IMG/VR virus record: IMGVR_UViG_3300033120_000337
Coordinates: 1-64,000 of that record
Direction: 5' to 3' (one strand)
Origin: a virus
Lineage: Duplodnaviria; Caudoviricetes
Length of the DNA stretch: 64,000 bases
Part shown: positions 36,675 to 43,122 of the stretch, piece by piece
How positions within the stretch are numbered: position 1 is the stretch's first letter
Layout: each line of letters starts with the position of its first letter
Position numbers and translations under genes: made by a program
Notes under the pieces: generated by a model
Databases searched by the model: none
What the model saw: the letters and a program-made list of their open reading frames with translations, nothing else
What the model was told of the DNA's origin: nothing

Positions 36675-36758
36675 GAGGATGTGGCGGAATTGGTATACGC
36701 GCCAGACTAAGAATCTGGTGGTCTTAGAATCGTGTGGGTTCGACTCCCACCATCCTCA
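36675..36758 (+). tRNA. tRNA-Leu(AAG)
   Basis: CCAGA-CTAAGAA-TCTGG; Leu-type D arm and variable arm. Confidence 0.85.
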
Positions 36759-36843
36759 TGGGTTAGGCAACTTCGTGCAGACAAAATGTCACTGATCATG
36801 ACGTCGTTGTCGGTCGTTGCCCAACTCAGTTTCTCAGTTCTAT

Positions 36844-36918
36844 GAGGGGATAGCCCAACGGCAGAGGCAGGGTCTTTAAGATTCCCCAAGGTGGTGGGTT
36901 CGAATCCCCCTCTCCTTA
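36844..36918 (+). tRNA. tRNA-Leu(TAA), degenerate anticodon stem
   Basis: GGGTC-TTTAAGA-TTCCC by counting from the D arm; two mismatches. Confidence 0.6.
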
Positions 36919-36923
36919 GTTTT

Positions 36924-37004
36924 GCGAAGGTGGCGGAATGGCATACGCGCTGGGTTTAGGTTCCAGTATCTTCGGGTGTGAGGGTTCGAGTCCCTCTCTT
37001 CGCA
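36924..37004 (+). tRNA. tRNA-Leu(TAG)
   Basis: CTGGG-TTTAGGT-TCCAG. Confidence 0.9.
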
Positions 37005-37024
37005 TTGGTTTTTGAGTCTCAAAC

Positions 37025-37104
37025 GCGGGAATGGCGGAATTGGCATACGCATCGGCTTCAAAACCCGACGAGAAATCTTGAGGGTTCGACTCCCTCTTCC
37101 CGCA
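37025..37104 (+). tRNA. tRNA-Leu(CAA)
   Basis: TCGGC-TTCAAAA-CCCGA. Confidence 0.85.
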
Positions 37105-37138
37105 CAACAACAAACAGAAAGGTAGGTAGACCGTGCAA

Positions 37139-37660
37139 ATGACTCTTGTATTGGATCAAGGCTACCAGCCTCATCGGGTAGTCACATGGCAGCGAGCTGT
37201 GATGCTGTGGTGGGAGGGTAAGTGTGAGGTCGTTGAAGAGTACGACAACGACATTCGAAGTGTGTCCATCACAATCAAGATGCCTGCTGTTGTTCGACTC
37301 TTGCACAGAGTGCGGGGGAAGAAGCAGGCTGTGAAGTTCTCTCGGATCAACGTTGCGACTCGTGACAACTTCACCTGTCAATACTGCGTCAAGAAGCTCC
37401 CTCTCTCGAAGCTTACGTACGACCACGTTGTACCTAAGTCCAAGGGTGGAAAGACTTGCTGGGAGAACATCGTGATGGCTTGTCACCCCTGTAACGAGGG
37501 GAAGAGAGATCGCTCACCCGAGCAAGCAGGTCTGAAGCTGCGTAAGCAGCCAGTCAAACCAGCTTACTTGCCAGTAGTGACCATGAGATTTGAGATGACC
37601 AACATCCCTGATGCTTGGGTATCCTACGTCTACTGGAACTCTCCTCTCGAAGAGGGCTAG
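37139..37660 (+). CDS. HNH endonuclease (free-standing)
   Basis: RDNFTCQYC...LTYDHVVPKSKGG.TCWENIVMACHPCN.GK. Confidence 0.9.
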   Translation: MTLVLDQGYQPHRVVTWQRAVMLWWEGKCEVVEEYDNDIRSVSITIKMPAVVRLLHRVRGKKQAVKFSRINVATRDNFTCQYCVKKLPLSKLTYDHVVPKSKGGKTCWENIVMACHPCNEGKRDRSPEQAGLKLRKQPVKPAYLPVVTMRFEMTNIPDAWVSYVYWNSPLEEG

Positions 37661-38193
37661 TTTTGATTTCGATGTGGTTTCTCTGAATCCGGTCTCTAAC
37701 GAATGGCTGAAGACACTCTCTGGTCACGGGGGGTAAGGCAGCAATCTGGAGAACGGTTGTATCGTCGCTGTGAAGGAAAGTACGGGGCAGGAGATTTCGA
37801 GCTACTAGGCCTGGCATTAGGTTCTCCAGGTTCGAGATCTCTCTGGCAGGCGCTAAGAATACAATCCAGTGCTGCTCGCCTTGAGGGTAAAAGCCCTTCG
37901 AGTTGTTGAAGCCGACCGGCCAGTCGGTTGAGACTCGTGTCCGAATAACTAACTTTCACGGTTACGTCCTGGGGTGGAATCTCAGGTCGATAGAGGACGG
38001 GTTCAGGGAAACCACAAAGATTTCCGGACGACTTTTCGGAGTCGGCAAATGCATGGGCGGGACGGCGTCCATGGGAATACAACGATTGTCAGGTGACTGG
38101 CAGTCAGACCCGTCCTCTTTTCTTTACAGTGTCTCAACTGTGAAAATGGCTGTGCTGAGCCAACCCAATCAGTGACTACCTGTCCGTTGATCT

Positions 38194-38280
38194 GGAAGTT
38201 GAATCTGTCAGGGACAGAGCCTGTTTCGAACACAGTGCGCTCTTCGTAAGAAGAGTGGGGATCAAGACCTCCGATTTCCG
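38194..38280 (+). tRNA. tRNA-Ser(CGA)
   Basis: CTGT-TTCGAAC-ACAG; long variable arm; T-loop ATCAAGA. Confidence 0.75.
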
Positions 38281-38289
38281 TGTCTGATT

Positions 38290-38374
38290 GGAAGCTGAAA
38301 TGGCCAGGGGTCATTACTGCTTGGAAAGCAGCTAGCACCTGAAAGGGTGTGGAGTTCGAGTCTTCCGGCTTCCG
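38290..38374 (+). tRNA. tRNA-Ser(GGA)
   Basis: CTGC-TTGGAAA-GCAG; variable arm. Confidence 0.85.
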
Positions 38375-38445
38375 TGAAATGGATGCGTTGATCCAACCCA
38401 TCAGCGACAAGTCGCGGTTCTAGGCCTGATCAGCAATGTGATAAT

Positions 38446-38532
38446 GGAGGGTAATCTCGGCCGGGCCGAGCACTGCCTTGAAAACAGAGGGCTCCTTGAA
38501 AGAGGGGTGGAGTTCGACTCTTCTGCTCTCCA
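38446..38532 (+). tRNA. tRNA-Ser(TGA)
   Basis: CTGC-CTTGAAA-ACAG; variable arm. Confidence 0.8.
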
Positions 38533-38535
38533 TTT

Positions 38536-38620
38536 GGAAGGTGAACTGGCCAGGGGTCAGTCCGGTTTGCTAAACCGAGAGTGCTCGCAAGGGCATGGGG
38601 ATCAGGACCTCCTCCTTCCG
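38536..38620 (+). tRNA. tRNA-Ser(GCT)
   Basis: CGGT-TTGCTAA-ACCG; T-loop ATCAGGA. Confidence 0.85.
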
Positions 38621-38631
38621 TTTCCGTTTCT

Positions 38632-38703
38632 GCGGGTGTAGCTCAGTGGTAGAGCGTTTCGTTGCCAACGAAAATGTCGCGGGTTCAATCCCCGCTACCC
38701 GCT
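38632..38703 (+). tRNA. tRNA-Gly(GCC)
   Basis: TTTCG-TTGCCAA-CGAAA. Confidence 0.9.
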
Positions 38704-38810
38704 TGTGTGAACTCAACACAACCTCCTAGAGGGTGACGTGTTCTCACAATTTGTCCTCCAGAAAACTGGAGGAAGGAATTCCTGTTCAGGAAAACATCGG
38801 GGTAGATACT

Positions 38811-40442
38811 GTGGCAAACAAGAATCTCTTTCAATCCGCTCCAGCGGGTCGCGTCGCGCCGATTGCCGACACAGTCAACGCAGCTGGTGGTTTGGCGTAC
38901 AAGGCTTCTCAGAAGGAAGCTCTTGCTCAGTACGTGGCTACTGGTTGTCTGGGTTCAACGTTCTACTCGACAGATGAGGAACAGTTGGACACGATCTTGA
39001 AGCTCGCTGCTTCAGTGGATCCTGAGTTCGTTGCGAAGGCAGCGATCTACGGACACAAGTCAGCCTTCATGAAGGACGCTCCGGCCCTCCTTCTGGCTCA
39101 CCTCATGACACGTGGAGAGCCTGGTATCGCAGCCATGAAGTCTGCTTTCTTCCAGGTCATCGACAACCCAAAGATGATGCGGACTTTCGCTCAGATTGTC
39201 CGGTCTGGTCGGGTTGGTCGAAAGTCTTTTGGTACGGCACCAAAGAAGCTGATTGAGACTTGGTTCCTGAACCGTACAGATGCTCAGTTGATCCGTGCAA
39301 CAGGTGACAAGCCTTCGATTGCAGACGTGGTCAAGATGGTTCACCCAAAGCCAGCCACACCTGAGCGGAAGGAAACTTACGCTTGGCTCGTGGACAAGAA
39401 GGTCGACCTCGAAAAGGCAGATCCTCTTCTTCAGGAGTACGAGGCTTGGAAGAAGGACACCACTCGTCCGATTCCTGATGTTCCGTTCCTCATGCTCTCG
39501 AATGCGAAACTCACGAAGTCTCAGTGGGTGGAAATCGCACTCTCTGCTTCTTGGCAGACTTTGCGTATGAACATCAACACGTTCCAACGTCACGGTGTTT
39601 TCGAGGACGCAGCCACGGTCAAAAAGCTTGCAGACAAGCTTCGTGATGAGGACTCGATTCTTCGGGCTCGGGTATTCCCATACCAACTCCTTGTTGCGTA
39701 CAAGCACACTGAGGCTGCTCCCATGGAGATCCAGAACGCTCTTCAGGATGCGATGGAAATTGCGACCAAGAACGTTCCTTCCTTTGATGGTCTGAAGGTT
39801 GCGGTTTTCCCAGACGTGTCTGGGTCTATGGCTTCCCCAGTCACAGGCACTCGAAAGGGTGCTACTTCGAAGGCTCAGTGCAGAGAGGTCGCTGCCCTCA
39901 TTGCAGCTACGATCCTTCGTAGGAACCCAGATGCCATTGTTCTTCCCTTCAAGGAAGACATTGTGAAGCTGAGGTTCAACCCACGCGATTCGATCATGAC
40001 GATCGCCAAGCAGATTGCGGAATGCGGCTCAGGTGGTACAGACTGCTCAGCTCCTCTGAGGGCTCTGAACGCAACCAAGGAGAAGGTGGACATCTGCATC
40101 TTCGCCTCGGACAATGAGTCTTGGATGGACAGCAAGGTCGTTCAAAACTCTTGGTCCTCTGGTTACACATCATCGGCTACCAAGTCGATGATCGAGTGGG
40201 AGGCAATCCGTGCTCGGAACCCAAAGGCGAAGTTGGTTTGCATTGACCTCGCTCCCAACGGCTCACGTCAGGCTCCTACACGTGAGGACATCCTCAATGT
40301 AGGCGGATTCTCGGATGAAGTGTTCACCCTCATGTCTGAGTTCGTAAAGGGCTCAGGTAGAGATCACTGGGTGAAGAAGATCGAGGCGATCGGTTCAAAG
40401 CCTACAGAAACGAAAAACGTTCCTGTAGAGGCTTCACCTTAG
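38811..40442 (+). CDS. rsr: Ro60/Rsr ribonucleoprotein (TROVE + vWA domains)
   Basis: VNAAGGLAY...LAQYVATGCLGSTFY, MKDAPALL, QTLRMNINTF.RHGVF, RVFPYQL, PDVSGSM, GGTDCSAPL, SDNESW; GTG start (track value 38733). Confidence 0.9.
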   Translation: MANKNLFQSAPAGRVAPIADTVNAAGGLAYKASQKEALAQYVATGCLGSTFYSTDEEQLDTILKLAASVDPEFVAKAAIYGHKSAFMKDAPALLLAHLMTRGEPGIAAMKSAFFQVIDNPKMMRTFAQIVRSGRVGRKSFGTAPKKLIETWFLNRTDAQLIRATGDKPSIADVVKMVHPKPATPERKETYAWLVDKKVDLEKADPLLQEYEAWKKDTTRPIPDVPFLMLSNAKLTKSQWVEIALSASWQTLRMNINTFQRHGVFEDAATVKKLADKLRDEDSILRARVFPYQLLVAYKHTEAAPMEIQNALQDAMEIATKNVPSFDGLKVAVFPDVSGSMASPVTGTRKGATSKAQCREVAALIAATILRRNPDAIVLPFKEDIVKLRFNPRDSIMTIAKQIAECGSGGTDCSAPLRALNATKEKVDICIFASDNESWMDSKVVQNSWSSGYTSSATKSMIEWEAIRARNPKAKLVCIDLAPNGSRQAPTREDILNVGGFSDEVFTLMSEFVKGSGRDHWVKKIEAIGSKPTETKNVPVEASP

Positions 40443-40479
40443 ACCTCTTACCGCCTCGGTAGCATCTCTATGCTCCGCC

Positions 40480-40902
40480 ATGAAGAAGAAAGGATTCTTC
40501 ATGGCGGAGAGCAAGAGAAAAGGAGACGTAGGAGAGGCTATGGTGTTGGCCGATGTTTTGAGGCAAGGACACAAGGTCGCTCTCCCTGTGGGTGAGGATT
40601 GGAGATACGACTTAATTGTTCTGAGGCATGGGAAGTTGGAAAGAGTTCAATGTAAGTACGTTGAATCCGATGGCTTGGTGATTGAAGTTCCAGGTCGGAG
40701 TTCAAATTCTCATTCAACTCGTCTATACACCTCAGATGAGATTGACTGCCTCGCAGTTTATGACAAGACAACTGAGTCTTGTTACTACATCCCATCCTCT
40801 GAGATAGGGTCTGGTAAGTCCTTGTTTTCCCTTAGGTTAGTTCCTTCTTCAAATGGTCAGGTTAAGAGAGTACGTTGGGCAAAAGACTACAAGTCTTGGT
40901 GA
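40480..40902 (+). CDS. PD-(D/E)XK endonuclease (group I intron-associated type, free-standing)
   Basis: KGDVGEA.V...L.QGHKV.LP.GEDWRYDLIV...L.RVQCK...YTSDEID.LAVY. Confidence 0.8.
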   Translation: MKKKGFFMAESKRKGDVGEAMVLADVLRQGHKVALPVGEDWRYDLIVLRHGKLERVQCKYVESDGLVIEVPGRSSNSHSTRLYTSDEIDCLAVYDKTTESCYYIPSSEIGSGKSLFSLRLVPSSNGQVKRVRWAKDYKSW

Positions 40903-40907
40903 TTTCT

Positions 40908-40980
40908 GCCTCTATAGCTCAGTTGGAAGAGCACCCTCCTTGTAAGTGGGATGTCGTCGGTTCGATTCCGACTGGAGGCT
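40908..40980 (+). tRNA. tRNA-Thr(TGT)
   Basis: CCCTC-CTTGTAA-GTGGG. Confidence 0.9.
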
Positions 40981-40995
40981 TGGTTTCTGTTTCTT

Positions 40996-41068
40996 GGCCC
41001 CATCGTCTATTGGTTAGGATTGTGGATTTTCACTCCACAAAACGTGGGTTCGATTCCCCGTGGGGTCA
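40996..41068 (+). tRNA. tRNA-Glu(TTC)
   Basis: GTGGA-TTTTCAC-TCCAC. Confidence 0.9.
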
Positions 41069-41082
41069 TTTCATTTCAGCAC

Positions 41083-41153
41083 TCTGGGTTCGTCTAAAGG
41101 CAGGACGTCGGACTTTGAATCCGTGAATGGAGGTTCGATTCCTCCACCCAGAA
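41083..41153 (+). tRNA. tRNA-Gln(TTG)
   Basis: TCGGA-CTTTGAA-TCCGT. Confidence 0.9.
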
Positions 41154-41249
41154 TTTTAGGGGGAATTCCATTTCAATTGACTTCCGCATTGCTCTGAGCT
41201 AGTAGAGATGTGCGGCATTCATTTTGTTGGATGGGTGTTGTTCTGTACC

Positions 41250-41293
41250 GGCGCATGTAAGTGGATCCAACACCACTACATGCGCCTTTTTTT
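41250..41293 (+). terminator. intrinsic terminator closing the RNA island
   Basis: GGCGCATGTAAGTGG...CCACTACATGCGCC followed by T7. Confidence 0.8.
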
Positions 41294-41322
41294 ATTTGGG
41301 GTTTCTGGCGCCTCAAAGAGTA

Positions 41323-41967
41323 ATGAACTCCATGATTTCTGGGTCTGTTGTGCTCTACCATGGGCCTGGTTCTGAGGGTGAAGCTCGAAAGCAGTCACAT
41401 CTACATGGTCTTGTAGTTCCGTTTGGAACTGGGGAGGCCTTGAAGAAAGATGATGTCAGAGATTTGGTGTCTCTACTGAACCAAACTCCAGTTGGCTCAA
41501 AGCCTTGGGGGGTTGTAGTTGGGCCTCTCGATGAGATCTCTCCTTCTGTAGCGGATGTCTTGCTGAAGACTGTGGAGGAGTTCAACCCCACGTGCATCCG
41601 ACCTTTCCTATGGGCTAGAGACCTCGGAGGCGTTCTACCTACGCTTCGCTCCAGATGTCTTCACGAGTTTGTGTCTGGCGAAGACTCTCGTGTGTCTGTA
41701 AGCCGACCACAAGCTGACAAGCTTCTCAAAGCCTACACTCAGAAGAACTGGACTGACATTGTCTCTGAGTTGAAGGAATCCAAAGGCGATGAAGAATTTG
41801 TGCTGCTAGCTTTGGTGGAGGCTGTGCAGGAGCGTCTTTTGGCGGGTAGGGACACAAGTGAAATGCTTGTCTTGTGGCGTTCCTTGCGTAGTTTCTTTGA
41901 GACTCGTGAAGCACCTTCTACTCCAGCTCGTGTGCTCAACATCTTCTTGGAGGGCTCGTTCCCATGA
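41323..41967 (+). CDS. DNA polymerase III delta-prime-like clamp-loader subunit (degenerate)
   Basis: LDEISPSVADVLLKTVEE...LPTLRSRC (SRC motif); no intact Walker A. Confidence 0.7.
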   Translation: MNSMISGSVVLYHGPGSEGEARKQSHLHGLVVPFGTGEALKKDDVRDLVSLLNQTPVGSKPWGVVVGPLDEISPSVADVLLKTVEEFNPTCIRPFLWARDLGGVLPTLRSRCLHEFVSGEDSRVSVSRPQADKLLKAYTQKNWTDIVSELKESKGDEEFVLLALVEAVQERLLAGRDTSEMLVLWRSLRSFFETREAPSTPARVLNIFLEGSFP

Positions 41968-42932
41968 GTAAGAAAGAGCCTCCAGCCTCAGTTCTCTTGG
42001 TAGGTGGGTCGGATGAGTTCAATCGCCGAAGATTGATCTCCAAGATTGTCGCTACTCGCGTATCTGAGGGTTGGGGTGTCACCCCTGTCGACGGGAGTTC
42101 ACCCAGTCCTTTGGATTCTGTGTTTTCGATGACGATGATGTTTGGGACACCAACACTTTGTGTCATCTCAAACCCAGAGAAGCTGCTCCCAGAATTGATC
42201 TCTGAGCAACTGAGTTCTCCTGACCCTAACATCAGCTTCCTTCTGGTTACGGACAAGGACAAACTTTCTGGTCCTGTGTTTGACCTGGTTCCCAAGAAGA
42301 ACCTCAAGGTTTTCACCCTCCCTCCATTTTACAAGTTGGATGAGCACGCCTCAGACTTTGTTGTTTCGGAGGTTCAAAGCAAAGGGAATTCCATAGCCTC
42401 AAGTTTGGCATTTTCTCTGGTTCGCAAGGTTGGCGCGGACAAAGGTGTTCTTTCCTTTGAAGTTCAGAAGGCCTGCATGTTGGCAGGTCCTGGTGCTGAG
42501 ATTACTGCGAACCATCTCCGAGAGACTCTAGCTGCTCTTGCAGAGTCCGATGGGTCCGTGCTTCTGGAGGCTCTGGGTACCCGAAACGCAAAGAAGTTGG
42601 CTTTGGAGTTCATCAAGTACAAAGCATCAAGGGGTGGAGATCCAACCATCGAGTTGTGTGGGCGTGTTCTCACACCAGCGTTGACACGATGGATTCAGGC
42701 TGCTCACCTCTCGGGTATTGGGATGTCTTCAGCAGCTGCTGCTGGAGCTGTTGGCGCGAACCCATGGTATTGGGAAAACAAGATCCTCCCCTTTGCTCTA
42801 CAGTGGGGAGTTGCAGGATGCGCTCGTATGATCCGTATAGTGGCTCAGTCTCAGACCCTTGTTTTCAGAGGTTCTGTGTCACCGTTTTCATACTTGGAAG
42901 CGTCACTTTTGGATCTCCTGAAAGATACTTGA
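41964..42932 (+). CDS. holA: DNA polymerase III delta-like clamp-loader subunit
   Basis: LLVGGSDEF...SMTMMFGTPTL...LVRKVGADKGVL..EVQK...DGSVLLEAL holA-like pattern. Confidence 0.65.
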   Translation: MSKKEPPASVLLVGGSDEFNRRRLISKIVATRVSEGWGVTPVDGSSPSPLDSVFSMTMMFGTPTLCVISNPEKLLPELISEQLSSPDPNISFLLVTDKDKLSGPVFDLVPKKNLKVFTLPPFYKLDEHASDFVVSEVQSKGNSIASSLAFSLVRKVGADKGVLSFEVQKACMLAGPGAEITANHLRETLAALAESDGSVLLEALGTRNAKKLALEFIKYKASRGGDPTIELCGRVLTPALTRWIQAAHLSGIGMSSAAAAGAVGANPWYWENKILPFALQWGVAGCARMIRIVAQSQTLVFRGSVSPFSYLEASLLDLLKDT

Positions 42933-43122
42933 TGGGCGCTCTTTCCCTTGGCTATAAGCTTTCAGACCTGTTGAACATGTGGGCGGGCACCCATTGATTT
43001 TTGTGTGGGCCAGATTCCAAACACGAATCTGTGCTGTGAACTAGTCTCATCAACTGAACAAAAGCGAGTCTCGTATGCTAGAAGAGTTTTCCCCATCAAT
43101 TGGTACAGAGGCCCAAAAGGGC

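Noticed and set aside
36844-36918. Ochre suppressor tRNA (TTA)
   Set aside because: Counting from the D stem puts TAA at 34-36, and it sits within the Leu block
37025-37104. tRNA-Sec or opal suppressor (TCA)
   Set aside because: Register gives CAA; the body is Leu-type, without the Sec 8-bp acceptor and 6-bp D stem
37775-37880. RNase P RNA (GAAGGAAAGTACGGGG resembles the P4 5' strand)
   Set aside because: No matching 3' P4 consensus, and the domain is too short; kept only as an unknown structured RNA
31134-38700. Many 60-140 aa track ORFs across the tRNA island
   Set aside because: They overlap tRNA/ncRNA genes, often antisense, and lack RBS or protein-like motifs; only the HNH gene was accepted
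41177-41205. Sigma70-like promoter TTGACT-17-TAGTAG
   Set aside because: Poor -10 box, and it lies upstream of a strong terminator; not supportable
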